Below are positions 38,585 to 48,373 of a DNA stretch of 64,000 nt, one piece after another (position 1 is the stretch's first letter; each line of letters starts with the position of its first letter). The notes under the pieces are model-generated. The model saw only the letters and a program-made list of their open reading frames with translations, did no database searches and had not been told where the DNA came from. The translations under genes and the position numbers were made by a program. This DNA is from Thermovirgaceae bacterium. GTDB lineage: Bacteria > Synergistota > Synergistia > Synergistales > Thermovirgaceae. The DNA is taken from contig JAXGNU010000007.1 of NCBI GenBank assembly GCA_040767805.1, positions 17,256 to 81,255 on the forward strand. The letters run 5' to 3'.

Positions 38585-38776
38585 CTCGATCACCCTTTTT
38601 TGTATTGTTTTATCCAGGGGCGATTTTCCTCAATGCCAAAGCGGGTTCACAGACGTCCCCTCAACGGGTTTTCCCTTTGGGGGGTATGACACGACCGTTG
38701 AAGGGCTGATCTTCGCTCCCGGCCTGGCGCAGCGTTGGGGTGAGCCCGGCCGACAGGAGGCGATGGCTGGGATATG

Positions 38777-38847
38777 ATTGTATACTGATACAGCCCCGGT
38801 TCAATTTTTTGGGGAATAAAATTTCTTTTTGTTCGGAATTGTTCACG
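38777..38847 (-). promoter_or_regulatory. AOR1 promoter with upstream GAACAA direct-repeat motif
   Basis: CGTGAACAATTCCGAACAAAAAG (38847-38825), then TTGAAC-N16-TACAAT. Confidence 0.65.
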
Positions 38848-38994
38848 GTTAAACCGGACTGAAGGGGAAAGGTTTCTTTTTTTAATAACGGAACTGTAGG
38901 GACAACGGGGATATTCCTCCCATGCAATCCCACCGCACAAGCATGGCGCGACGGTTTTACCCGGGTGGGACTTCCGGTGGAAGGCCGCTCGTCC

Positions 38995-40101
38995 TTACCG
39001 ATGGCCCTTTTTCGAGAGTCTTTCCAAAGCCTTGGATATTCTTTCAGCCCTCTGCAGTCTAAAGCGCGCTCCCGTAAGCGCTTCCGGGTCCGTTTCGAAC
39101 CTTTTCTCCATTTCCTTCGCCTTGCGCTCAAGGCCTACAATCCTGTTTCCCGAAACGACCTTGTCGGCCAGGTAGAGCAGGGATCTTTCCGAAAGGAGGG
39201 GTTCCTTTTCCGGGAGATCCATGTGGTACCTGACGAGATCGGCCGTGGCGGCGAAACCCCAGGAATCCAGCGTCCCAGCCGCCGCTTCGGCGTGATCCCG
39301 CCCGGCCCGGGACATGTCGTGGAGCAGTGCTGCCGCTGCCAGGTTTTCGGTGTCCACGGGGAGAATGCCCTTCAAGGCCCGGGCGAATCCGACGGCGACC
39401 TCCGCCACGACGCGGCAGTGATCGCGGACCTCCGGGGGGGTCGAGAGGATCTCCCAAAAGGCCAGGCACTCTTTTTCGGTGGGGATCCCTCTCCGCGAGG
39501 CGAGGGACCTCAGGGCCGCGTATTCTTCCGGGGTGTTCATCTCGGTCACGACGCCCTGGTCCGGCATCTCCAGGACCAGTGATGCCTCCTCGTACCGGTC
39601 GAGAAAGGTCCTCAACCCCCCCGGGCCATCCCACTCCAGGATGCCCGGAATAAGCCTGGTCGCTACCAGGGGAGGGTGCCCCCTCCTGCCGAGGAAGGCG
39701 GGGATGACGACGGCTGAGTTCGGCTCGGAGCGCCGGGCCTGCTTAAGGGCTTGCAAGGTGGCGGGTTTGACCAGGGGCACATCGACGGGCAGGAGGAAGA
39801 ACGCGTCAAGATTCGGGGAGAGCGCCGTGACACCCGCCTTGATGGAGGAGAGCATGCCCTTTTCGTAGTGTTCGTTGAAGACGGCGCGGGCACCCCCTCT
39901 TTTTGCTTCTCCTTCGACTGCTTCACGGTAGTGCCCTGATACGACGACGATGTCTTTGACCCCTGAGAGACGCAGAGTGGATAGGATTCGTTCGAGGGCG
40001 GCGGAGCCCCCCACGTCAAGGAGGGCTTTGCATTTTCCCATCCTCGATGAAAAACCTGCGGCAAGGACCACGGCACCGGTCCGGATCCCATTGGACGTCA
40101 C
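38995..40101 (-). CDS. MocA/MobA-like nucleotidyltransferase fused to an HD domain
   Basis: LAAGFSSRMG..KALL, GMLSS, PVD.P, GHPPL; then HCR.VA...ALLHD...H...H...YLADK. Confidence 0.88.
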   Translation of the reverse strand: MTSNGIRTGAVVLAAGFSSRMGKCKALLDVGGSAALERILSTLRLSGVKDIVVVSGHYREAVEGEAKRGGARAVFNEHYEKGMLSSIKAGVTALSPNLDAFFLLPVDVPLVKPATLQALKQARRSEPNSAVVIPAFLGRRGHPPLVATRLIPGILEWDGPGGLRTFLDRYEEASLVLEMPDQGVVTEMNTPEEYAALRSLASRRGIPTEKECLAFWEILSTPPEVRDHCRVVAEVAVGFARALKGILPVDTENLAAAALLHDMSRAGRDHAEAAAGTLDSWGFAATADLVRYHMDLPEKEPLLSERSLLYLADKVVSGNRIVGLERKAKEMEKRFETDPEALTGARFRLQRAERISKALERLSKKGHR

Positions 40102-40781
40102 GGCAGTTCCCCCCGGACGATTTGGAGGCCTTCGGGATCCTTCACCAGGAGGGCCTTTCCTTGCCTTTCCACGATCCTTATACCGCCGTACCCGGGGTCA
40201 AACCGGAAGGTCTCGGGGAAGGGGACTTTGAAGAGGCCGTGGAGAAGGACGCGAAAGACGCCGGCGTGGGATACGATCAGCCATCGTCCTCCCTTAAGAA
40301 GCAGGGAAAGAAGAAAAGGGACGGCCCTGGCCTCCAGATCGGCGAAGGACTCCCCCCCGGGGAAAGGGAAGGAGAAGAGGTCTTTCTCTCTTTGCTCCCA
40401 TAAATGGGGGGATTCCCTGGAGATGTCCTCCTTTTCCCGCCCATCCCAGCGCCCAAGGTCGATCTCCGACAACTCCTCCTTCACCACCGTTTTTATCTCA
40501 AGGTGTCCGGCTATGATCTCCGCCGTCTTCCTCGCCCGTGCCAAGGGACTGCAGAAGAATCCCCTCCAGGAGAAGGGGCGGGCCCAGAGGGATACCCTCT
40601 CCGCCTGGGTACGGCCCAGCGGTGAGAGTCCTATCCCTGTTCGGCCCAAAAAGACCCTCCACGGGGTGGGCAGACCGGGTTCGCCGTGCCTGACGAAGAC
40701 CAGGCCGTCCTCCAGTAGTCCCGGGGTATTTCCCGGACGCTGCTCTTGATCTTTCGAGGGGTATCGATCGTTACCGGTCAT
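40098..40781 (-). CDS. histidine phosphatase family protein
   Basis: RHGE, SPL.RA..TA, EIDLG.WDG, PGGES, VSHAG. Confidence 0.9.
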   Translation of the reverse strand: MTGNDRYPSKDQEQRPGNTPGLLEDGLVFVRHGEPGLPTPWRVFLGRTGIGLSPLGRTQAERVSLWARPFSWRGFFCSPLARARKTAEIIAGHLEIKTVVKEELSEIDLGRWDGREKEDISRESPHLWEQREKDLFSFPFPGGESFADLEARAVPFLLSLLLKGGRWLIVSHAGVFRVLLHGLFKVPFPETFRFDPGYGGIRIVERQGKALLVKDPEGLQIVRGELP

Positions 40782-40903
40782 CGAAGGGAATCAGCCGCCT
40801 TTCACCCACTGCGGGTACCGAAAAGGCCGGACTCAGCTTAGCCGCATCGAAAGCAAGCGGTACTAAAGAAGGCCCGGCCCGTTATGCAAGAAAACCTAAT
40901 AAT

Positions 40904-41368
40904 TCAGCAGAACCTTTTCCTGAAGGCTTTTCTCGCCCTTTCGCTCCTGAGCGAGCACTCACTGGAGAGGCCCTCGCCGAAGTCGAAGGAAGCACCGGTG
41001 ACCGACAGGGCCCAGGCATCGCCGTACGCCGTGCCGAGATCTCCCAGGAGGGCGAGGAACCAGGCTGGACCGAAAGAGTGGATGTTCAGGCCCCGGTTCG
41101 AGGCGGCGTCGGGGTCGATCCTCTCCAGGGTGAACCCACCGTAGTATTCTTCCAGCGAAGCGTCCACGAAGATGAGTATGTCGTCGGGTCCTATCCCCAG
41201 GGCCGCCTCGGGCAGCAGCTGGTGCGAAAGCCACAAGAAGGCCCTTTTGCCCGCTCTTTCCAGGTCTTCGACCAGGAGCGGCGCCAGGCTGTGGGCCACG
41301 CCGTCGTCCTGCCGGAAGGGGTTTCCGTATCCGAAGACTCGGAAAGGGCGGCCCTCGTCGGTCGTCAG
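40904..41368 (-). CDS. NiFe hydrogenase maturation protease
   Basis: Extending the ORF upstream to a CTG overlapping the large-subunit stop restores GYGNPFRQDDGV. Also HQLLPE, FVDA, H...P, FDFGEGLS. Confidence 0.85.
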   Translation of the reverse strand: MTTDEGRPFRVFGYGNPFRQDDGVAHSLAPLLVEDLERAGKRAFLWLSHQLLPEAALGIGPDDILIFVDASLEEYYGGFTLERIDPDAASNRGLNIHSFGPAWFLALLGDLGTAYGDAWALSVTGASFDFGEGLSSECSLRSERARKAFRKRFC

Positions 41369-42789
41369 TTCTTGACCTCCCTCTTCAGGCTGCCGTCGGC
41401 ACCGAAGATCTCCAGGTGCAGGGGCATCCTCCCCACGGCATGGGTGGAGCAGGAGAGGCAGGGGTCGTAGCAGCGGATGACGTGTTCCATGGAGTTCAGG
41501 ATCCCCTCGGAGGGTTCGCCCCCATGGATGTTCTCCCGGGCGACCATGTCGACGCCCCTGTTCATGGCGTGGTTGTTGTGCCCCGTGGCGACGATGAGGT
41601 TAACCCCGGTCAGGACGCCGTTCTCATCGACCTGGTAGTGGTGGATGAGGGTCCCCCGGGGCGCCTCGATGACGCCGATCCCCTCGGGATAGAGTTCCGT
41701 CGAGGTGACCCGGAGGTCGCTGCCCATGACGTCGGGGTCCTCCATCAGTTCCTCGATCCTCTCGACGCCGTAGAGCGTCTCGATGAGCCTTGCGTAGTGA
41801 TAGTAGAGCGTCTTGTGGACCAGTCCGTCCTCGGCCCCTTCACGGAAGTGTGCCAGTTCGGCCGACGCTTCGGGGGTGGCGATGTCGTCGCAGGCGTTCA
41901 CCCTTCCCAGGGGCCCGACGCGGTAACTGCCGTGGGGGAAACCCATGGGCTTGTAGAAGGGGAACTTGAGGTAGCTCCAAGGCTCAACGTGCTCACCAAT
42001 AAAGTCCAGGTAAGCCCAGTCGGGGAACTCGTCGATGATGCGGCCCCTGGGCCCTTTAAGGCGGATGTCGCCGTCGTAGATCTCCAGGAAACCGTCCTGG
42101 ACGAGCCCCATGTAGGCCGTCTCCAGCGTAGCGAAGGTGGCGGCCTTTTCGGCGTTCTCCTCGAGATAGCCCTTCACCAGCGCGATGGCGTCCTTCACCG
42201 CCGCTTTCATCTGGGGGACCTGGGCCTTGATGGCGTCGACCTCCTGGGCCTTCAGGGAGCGGTTGACCCCTCCCGGAATGCTGTGCCAGGGGTGGACCTT
42301 CTTGCCGCCCAGGACCTGGATGATCTCCTGCCCGAACTTCCTCAGCAGCACGCCCTTAACGGCCAGGTCGGGGTACTTCCTTATCACGCCCACCACGTTC
42401 CTGACAGCTGGGTCGGCGTCGAACCCGAAAAGCAGGTCCGGGCTCGACAGGTGGAAAAAGCTCAGGGCGTGGGACTGGACGAACTGCCCTGCGTGCATGA
42501 GTTCCCGCAGTTTATGGGCCGTGGGCGTGATCTCAACGCCGAGCAGGGCGTCGCAGGCCTTGGCCGAGGCGAGGTGGTGGCTGACGGGGCATATCCCGCA
42601 GATCCTCGGGGTGATGACGGGCATCTCGCGAAAGTCGCGCCCCTTGCAGAAGTGCTCGAAGCCCCGGAACTGGGTCACGTGGAAGCGGGCTTCATTCACG
42701 CCGCCCTTCTCGTCGAGGTGGACGGTGATCTTCCCGTGCCCTTCGATCCTGGTAATGGGGTTGATCTCTATCTTCCTGACGGTAGCCAT
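41365..42789 (-). CDS. NiFe hydrogenase large subunit (HydL/HoxH-like, group 3)
   Basis: RIEGH, RICGICPVSH (L1), EAPRGTL.HHY, DPCLSCSTH (L2), plus cleavable tail. Confidence 0.95.
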   Translation of the reverse strand: MATVRKIEINPITRIEGHGKITVHLDEKGGVNEARFHVTQFRGFEHFCKGRDFREMPVITPRICGICPVSHHLASAKACDALLGVEITPTAHKLRELMHAGQFVQSHALSFFHLSSPDLLFGFDADPAVRNVVGVIRKYPDLAVKGVLLRKFGQEIIQVLGGKKVHPWHSIPGGVNRSLKAQEVDAIKAQVPQMKAAVKDAIALVKGYLEENAEKAATFATLETAYMGLVQDGFLEIYDGDIRLKGPRGRIIDEFPDWAYLDFIGEHVEPWSYLKFPFYKPMGFPHGSYRVGPLGRVNACDDIATPEASAELAHFREGAEDGLVHKTLYYHYARLIETLYGVERIEELMEDPDVMGSDLRVTSTELYPEGIGVIEAPRGTLIHHYQVDENGVLTGVNLIVATGHNNHAMNRGVDMVARENIHGGEPSEGILNSMEHVIRCYDPCLSCSTHAVGRMPLHLEIFGADGSLKREVKN

Positions 42790-42802
42790 GATCGTGCCCC
42801 CT

Positions 42803-43345
42803 CTAGTCGTAGCGCATCATTTCCGAGGGGACCGTGGGAACACGCCCCTCGAGAAGTTCCTGGAAAACCCAGAGTATGGTGTCCGCGTCGGGCGGGCAGC
42901 CAGGTACGTAGACATCGACCTTGACCTCGTGGTCCACCGGGATGGCCTGGGGCAGGAGGTGAGGGATGTCCTCGTGGGGTATGACCTCCCCCGGATTGAC
43001 CGTGCTCGGCGAGTCCACGTAGGCTTCCTTCAGGGCCTGTCGCCGGTCGGTGAAGTTCCTCATGCAGTTTATCCCGCCGAAGACGGCGCAGTCGCCCCAT
43101 GCCACGATTATGTCGCACTGTTTTCTCATTTCCTTGGCCAGGTGGAGTTCCTCGTCGTTGCCGAGGGCCCCCTCGATGACGCCCACCGTCGCCTTGGGGA
43201 TCTTCTTGCCGTCGACGATGGGGGAGTAGACGATATCGACCAGGTCCACCAGGTCCACCAGGCGTTCGTCGATATCGAGAAAGGACATGTGGCAACCCGC
43301 GCAGGCTTCAAGCCAGACCGTGGCCACCTTGACCTTAGCCATCAC
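42803..43345 (-). CDS. NiFe hydrogenase small subunit (HydS/HoxY-like)
   Basis: CAGCHMS, GDCA..GG, PGCPP. Confidence 0.93.
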   Translation of the reverse strand: MMAKVKVATVWLEACAGCHMSFLDIDERLVDLVDLVDIVYSPIVDGKKIPKATVGVIEGALGNDEELHLAKEMRKQCDIIVAWGDCAVFGGINCMRNFTDRRQALKEAYVDSPSTVNPGEVIPHEDIPHLLPQAIPVDHEVKVDVYVPGCPPDADTILWVFQELLEGRVPTVPSEMMRYD

Positions 43346-45396
43346 TTTCGCACCTCCTCGAGCAAGACCATCTGGGCCTCCGTCGGAGGCTTCTCACTGG
43401 CGTAAACGTTCTCGCAGGGCGATTCCTCCGGTCTCCCCGGCTGGACCCCCAGGTCGGCCGAGAGGTCCTTCAGGATCGACGCGAGGCCCCTGACCTCTCC
43501 CTTGGGAGGGACGACCACGTTGAGCCGGCGCCTCTCGCCCTCGATGGTGCAGTAGTGCCCGCTCCGCTCGTACCAGGCCGGCGCCGGCAGCAGCACGTCG
43601 GCCAGGTTCACCAGCGGCTGGGCCCAGAAGGGGCACTGGACGACTACGAACTTCGTGCCCGATATGGCGGAGAGGCTGGCCTCGTCCTCGGGGACCATCC
43701 CCGAGGAGTAGACGTAGAGGAAGTCGAGTTTCTTTTCGCCGATCCAGGGCTCCTTCGCCAGGACGGTGTTGATGGCGCCCAGGCTGTTGCCGCTCGATAC
43801 CAGGGGTACGACGCCGATGCCGTCATCGAAAAAAGCCCCGCAGGCTATGGCCAGGTTCACCGCCGAGGTCACGGCGGCGGGGTTCCTCGAGAGGCATCCT
43901 CCCAGGAGGAATATGGGTTTGCGGGCAGCCCTGAGCCGCTCGAGGATCTCCTCGATGGTTCTCTCGGGGATGCCCGTCTCCTCCGACAGCAGGGCCATGG
44001 CGTCCTGGGTGGACCCGCCCTGGGCGCCGCCGGGGAACTTGAGGCCCGCCACCAGGTCCGCCAGCCCCTGGACCAGGGCGGCGCTCTGCTCCGGCGTCGG
44101 GGCGACGGCGTCGATGTCGGTCAGGTCGCCGTAAGGGTTCGGCTTGCAGGAGATGTTCAGCAGGGCGGCCCCGTTCCGAAGGGCGCCCACCCGCATGTAA
44201 CTGGCTATGACCGGGGCCTCATCGTCCGGCTCGGCCGAGAGGTTGACCAGGCAATCGCTCTCCAGGATATTATGGGCGGCTGTGAAGGGGCGTACCCCCT
44301 GCCTGCTGAAGGGCTCAAACCCCTTGACGAAGCCCCGGAGGATGTCGCCGTCGAAGGTGTCAAGGCGCTGCATGCCCAGGCCGTCCTTGAAAAGGGAGAC
44401 GAAAAGGGCCAGTTCCTCGTCGGTGCAGAGGCTCGACACCAGCACACCGTCGCTGTCGGCCTCGTGGGCTTTCTTGAACTTCTCGGCCACCAGCCCCAGG
44501 GCCTCCTCCCAGCCCGCCTCCCTGTAGTGGGAGCCCTCCCTGATCATGGGGACGGAGATGCGCTCCCTTTCCGATGACCTCGGCAGGGTCCAGCGACCCT
44601 TCCTGCAAAGCTGGCCGCCGTCGGGTTCGGTGACGGCCGTCCCCTCGACCCTCGCTATGCTGCCCGTCCGGACGTAGACCTTGATTCGGCATCCGACCGG
44701 GCAGAGGGGGCACACGTTCTCGATCACGTCGTCGCAATCCTTCCTCCGCCCGCGGTAGGCGAACTCCCTGAGGGTGATGGTCCCCGTGGGGCAAACCTGC
44801 GCACAGGCTCCGCAGGTGGTGCAGGTGTCGCTCTCCCCCAGCCGGCGCCCCAGGTCGGAGACCACCGTGGCGTTCCAGCCCCTCTTCTGGAGGTCCAGCG
44901 TGTGGGTCCCCACCTTCTCGGCGCAGACCCTTATGCAGCGGAGGCAGAGTATGCAGCGGTTGTGGTCGATCTGGATGTCCCTGTGGGTGGCGTCGTTCTC
45001 GAACCCCGCGTAGAGGTAGGGGTAGCGGACGCTGTCCATCCCGTGTTCTATGGCCAGGTCCTGGAGTTCGCAGTCGCCGCTCTGGGAGCAGTACATGCAG
45101 AAATGATTCCGCCCGGCGAAGATCAGTTCCAGCATCTGTCTCCGGTATTCCCTCAGTTTTTCCGTCTGGGTGTGCACCACCATGCCGTCCAGGGCGGGGG
45201 TGGTGCAGGCCGTCAACATCTTGGGGTTCTTCTCCACCTCGACGACGCACATGCGGCAGGACCCTATGGGGGTCAGACCCTCGAGGTAGCAGAGTGCGGG
45301 GATGTAGACGTCGTTCTTGCGGGCCACTTCCATGATGGTATCCCCCTGGGCCCCTTTGCATGTTTTCCCGTCGATGGTAAGGGTGATCTCTTTCAT
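43342..45396 (-). CDS. HydA/NuoG-like Fe-S subunit with molybdopterin-oxidoreductase-like fold
   Basis: 2Fe-2S (CRMC..C), H..C..C..C, two 4Fe-4S ferredoxin motifs, CPLCPVGC...C, ADVLLP...ERSG. Confidence 0.88.
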   Translation of the reverse strand: MKEITLTIDGKTCKGAQGDTIMEVARKNDVYIPALCYLEGLTPIGSCRMCVVEVEKNPKMLTACTTPALDGMVVHTQTEKLREYRRQMLELIFAGRNHFCMYCSQSGDCELQDLAIEHGMDSVRYPYLYAGFENDATHRDIQIDHNRCILCLRCIRVCAEKVGTHTLDLQKRGWNATVVSDLGRRLGESDTCTTCGACAQVCPTGTITLREFAYRGRRKDCDDVIENVCPLCPVGCRIKVYVRTGSIARVEGTAVTEPDGGQLCRKGRWTLPRSSERERISVPMIREGSHYREAGWEEALGLVAEKFKKAHEADSDGVLVSSLCTDEELALFVSLFKDGLGMQRLDTFDGDILRGFVKGFEPFSRQGVRPFTAAHNILESDCLVNLSAEPDDEAPVIASYMRVGALRNGAALLNISCKPNPYGDLTDIDAVAPTPEQSAALVQGLADLVAGLKFPGGAQGGSTQDAMALLSEETGIPERTIEEILERLRAARKPIFLLGGCLSRNPAAVTSAVNLAIACGAFFDDGIGVVPLVSSGNSLGAINTVLAKEPWIGEKKLDFLYVYSSGMVPEDEASLSAISGTKFVVVQCPFWAQPLVNLADVLLPAPAWYERSGHYCTIEGERRRLNVVVPPKGEVRGLASILKDLSADLGVQPGRPEESPCENVYASEKPPTEAQMVLLEEVRK

Positions 45397-45415
45397 CCTT
45401 CTATCCCCCCGCCTC

Positions 45416-47209
45416 TTATACTTTGGAGACCGCCTGGAAGGGGCAGACCTCCAGGCATGTCCCACACTTGATGCACTTTTCCTGGTCTATCACATAGGGG
45501 GTGTTCCTGTCGCCGGCTATGCAATTCACGGGGCAGTTCTTGGCGCAAAGGCCGCACTTCCTGCACTTCTCCGGGTCGATGACGTAGGAGATGAGGGCCT
45601 TGCAGACCATGGCGGGGCACTTTTTGTCCCTGATATGGGCCTCGTACTCGTCCCTGAAGTACCTCAGCGTGGTGAGGACCGGGTTGGGCGCTGTCTGGCC
45701 GAGGCCGCAGAGGGACATCTCCTTGACCATCACAGCCAGGTCTTCCAGTATCTTCAGGTCCTCCATCCGCCCCTTCCCGGAGGAGATCTTGTCGAGGATC
45801 AGGAGCATCTGCTTCGTGCCCTCCCGGCAGGGGACGCATTTGCCGCAGGATTCCTTCTGGGTGAACTCGAGGAAGAATTTTGATACGTCCACCATGCAGG
45901 TGTCCTCGTCGATGACCACCAGGCCGCCGGAACCCATGATGGCCCCCGCGGCGGTGAGGGACTCGTAGTCCACCGGGAGGTCGAGGTGCTCCTCCGCCAG
46001 GCACCCGCCCGAGGGGCCACCGATCTGGACGGCCTTGAACTTCCTGTTGTTCAGGATCCCGCCGCCCATGTCGAAGACGATATCCCTGAGGGTAGTACCC
46101 ATGGGCACTTCAACGAGACCAGTGTTGTTGACCTTGCCGGTCAGGGCGAAGACCTTCGTCCCCTTTGACTTCTCCGTCCCTATGGAGGCATACCAGGCCC
46201 CGCCGTTGCGGATGATGGTGGGGACGTTGGCCCAGGTCTCCACGTTGTTGATGTTGGTGGGTTTGTCCCAGAGGCCCTTGTTTGCCGGGAAGGGGGGCCG
46301 GGGGTAGGGCATTCCCCGCTCACCCTGGATGGAGGCCATGAGGGCGGTCTCCTCGCCGCAGACGAAGGCGCCGGCCCCTTCCTTGATGTGTACGTGGAAG
46401 GAGAAGTCCGATCCCATGATGTTGTCGCCGATGAGACCGTACTCGCCAGCCTGGGCGATGGCGCCCCGGAGCCTCTTGATGGCGAGGGGGTATTCGGCCC
46501 GGCAGTAGATGTAGCCCTCGTCGGCCCCTATGGCGTAGGCGCCCAGCATCATGCCCTCGATGACGGCGTGGGGGTCGCCCTCGAGGAGGGACCTGTCCAT
46601 GAACGCCCCCGGGTCGCCCTCGTCGGCGTTGCAGATGACGTACTTCTTGTCCCCCTGGGCTTTCCTGCAGAATTCCCACTTGGCCCCCGTGGGGAACCCT
46701 CCGCCCCCTCTTCCCCTGAGCCCCGAAGCCCTTATCTCGGTGATCACTTCCTCGGGTTTCATCGTGGTCAGGGCCTTGGCGAGGGCTTCGTAACCGTCGC
46801 GGGCGATGTACTCGTCAATGTTATCGGGGTTGATGTAGCCGCAGTTGCGCAGGGCGATGCGGAGCTGCTTGCTGTAGAAAGGTATGTCCCGGTAATGGGG
46901 GACCTTGAATTTGGTGTCTGGGGTGGTGTAGAGGAGCCGCTGTACCAGGCGTCCCTTGTAAAGGTGCTCCTCGACGACCTCCGGTACGTCGTCGACGGTC
47001 ACCCTGCAGTAGAGGGAGCCCTCGGGGTAGATAACCACGATGGGTCCCATCTCGCACATCCCGTGGCACCCGGTCTCGACCAGGGCTACTTCCCGGTCGA
47101 GACCCCTTCGCTCTATCTCCTTTTTGAGAGCCTCGTAAACCGAAGGAGACCCGCTGGCGGTGCAGCCGGTCCCTTTGCAGACCAGCACGTGGGCGCGGTA
47201 AAAGGCCAT
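45416..47209 (-). CDS. HydB/NuoF-like FMN/NADH subunit with C-terminal 2x4Fe-4S
   Basis: GLRGRGGGGFPTG.KW, CNADEGDPGAFMDR, CGEETAL, ESCGKCVPCREG, CGLGQTAPNP, two ferredoxin motifs. Confidence 0.95.
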   Translation of the reverse strand: MAFYRAHVLVCKGTGCTASGSPSVYEALKKEIERRGLDREVALVETGCHGMCEMGPIVVIYPEGSLYCRVTVDDVPEVVEEHLYKGRLVQRLLYTTPDTKFKVPHYRDIPFYSKQLRIALRNCGYINPDNIDEYIARDGYEALAKALTTMKPEEVITEIRASGLRGRGGGGFPTGAKWEFCRKAQGDKKYVICNADEGDPGAFMDRSLLEGDPHAVIEGMMLGAYAIGADEGYIYCRAEYPLAIKRLRGAIAQAGEYGLIGDNIMGSDFSFHVHIKEGAGAFVCGEETALMASIQGERGMPYPRPPFPANKGLWDKPTNINNVETWANVPTIIRNGGAWYASIGTEKSKGTKVFALTGKVNNTGLVEVPMGTTLRDIVFDMGGGILNNRKFKAVQIGGPSGGCLAEEHLDLPVDYESLTAAGAIMGSGGLVVIDEDTCMVDVSKFFLEFTQKESCGKCVPCREGTKQMLLILDKISSGKGRMEDLKILEDLAVMVKEMSLCGLGQTAPNPVLTTLRYFRDEYEAHIRDKKCPAMVCKALISYVIDPEKCRKCGLCAKNCPVNCIAGDRNTPYVIDQEKCIKCGTCLEVCPFQAVSKV

Positions 47210-47223
47210 GACCGCCGGGCCCC

Positions 47224-47592
47224 CTAGTCGGTCTGACCGATGACCTTGTCTTCGACGATGTGCCCGTTGACAAGGTGTTCGGCTATTATCCGGACGGCGT
47301 CGGCGGGGCTGACCTCACCGTAGGTCGTCCTCGGCTCGCCGGGCCTGATGACGTCCACCAGGGGTTCCTTCTGGCACATGCCGATGCAGCCCGTGGTCTC
47401 GACGGCCACATCCTTAAGGCCCCTTTTGTCCAATTCCTCCAGGATCGCCGTCATGACCTCCCGGGCCCCTGCCGCGATACCGCAGGTGCCCATGCCGATG
47501 ATCACCCTGGTCGCGCCCCGCGAACGGGCCGACGTGAGGTCCTTGGCGCTCTCCTTGATCTTCCTGAGATCTTCCAGGCTCGTCACTTTCAC
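47224..47592 (-). CDS. thioredoxin-like 2Fe-2S ferredoxin subunit (HndB/HydD-like)
   Basis: GMGTCGIAAGA, TGCIGMC..EP. Confidence 0.88.
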   Translation of the reverse strand: MKVTSLEDLRKIKESAKDLTSARSRGATRVIIGMGTCGIAAGAREVMTAILEELDKRGLKDVAVETTGCIGMCQKEPLVDVIRPGEPRTTYGEVSPADAVRIIAEHLVNGHIVEDKVIGQTD

Positions 47593-47615
47593 CGGTGTTC
47601 ACCTCCAGCGTGGTC

Positions 47616-48086
47616 CTATTCGTAGGAACCCAGTACATCCATCACCTTGTCCGGCGTGAGCCGCCCGTGGGTCTCATCGTTGACCATCATCACGGGGGCA
47701 AGCCCGCAGGCTCCAAGGCAGGCGACGGGTTCAAGGGTGTACCGCAGGTCATCGGTGGTGCCGTTCTCCTCGACATCGAGGACCGTTTTGATCTTATCAA
47801 GGATGGCGAGGCTGCCCCTGACATGGCATGCCGTCCCCCGGCAGACCCGGACGATGTGCCGCCCCCGGGGTTTCAAGTGGAACTGGGCGTAGAAGGTGGC
47901 CACGCCGTAGAGCTCCGAGGGCGGGATCTTCAGTTCCCGGGAGATCTCCATCAGGGCCTCCTCGGGGAGAAAGCCGAAGGCCTTCTGGACCTCCTGGAGG
48001 ACCGGGATCGTTCCTCCCCGCGCGCCCTTCCAGGGGGCCACGATCTGCCTCGTCCTTTCTACCACTTCCTGTTTTTTCGGGTTCAC
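47616..48086 (-). CDS. HydC/NuoE-like 2Fe-2S subunit
   Basis: GVATFY..F, CRGTACHV, VACLGACGLAP. Confidence 0.93.
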   Translation of the reverse strand: MNPKKQEVVERTRQIVAPWKGARGGTIPVLQEVQKAFGFLPEEALMEISRELKIPPSELYGVATFYAQFHLKPRGRHIVRVCRGTACHVRGSLAILDKIKTVLDVEENGTTDDLRYTLEPVACLGACGLAPVMMVNDETHGRLTPDKVMDVLGSYE

Positions 48087-48303
48087 TCCCTTTCACCCTC
48101 CCTGTCCTGAAAAACTCATGCTTCATCCACTGTACTTCGCCGCAAAGGGTCACGATGCGATCCGATAAAAGCGTTTTCCTGGCGGGGCGTCACCCCCGGG
48201 TTTCCCAGGGTCCCCTCCCTCGGGGACGATACCAATTGAAGCGGATGTCACAAAAGTGTGCAACCGGGGAAGGCCCTTATCCTTGATTTTCCCCCCGGAT
48301 TTT

Positions 48304-48373
48304 CGTGAACAATATCGAACAAAAAGTGCAATTTCAAACAGAAATTGATTACCGGGCCGTAGGTCAATATAGT
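48304..48373 (+). promoter_or_regulatory. AOR2 promoter with upstream GAACAA direct-repeat motif
   Basis: CGTGAACAATATCGAACAAAAAG (48304-48326), then TTGATT-N17-TATAGT. Confidence 0.65.

Noticed and set aside
41416..43405. Long antisense ORFs over the hydrogenase genes (and similar shadow ORFs throughout)
   Set aside because: These are expected artefacts of high GC3 on the opposite strand, with no motifs or SDs.
48244..48264. Rex operator upstream of the hydrogenase operon
   Set aside because: TGTCACAAAAGTGTGCAA matches the TTGTGAA-N4-TTCACAA consensus too poorly to call.
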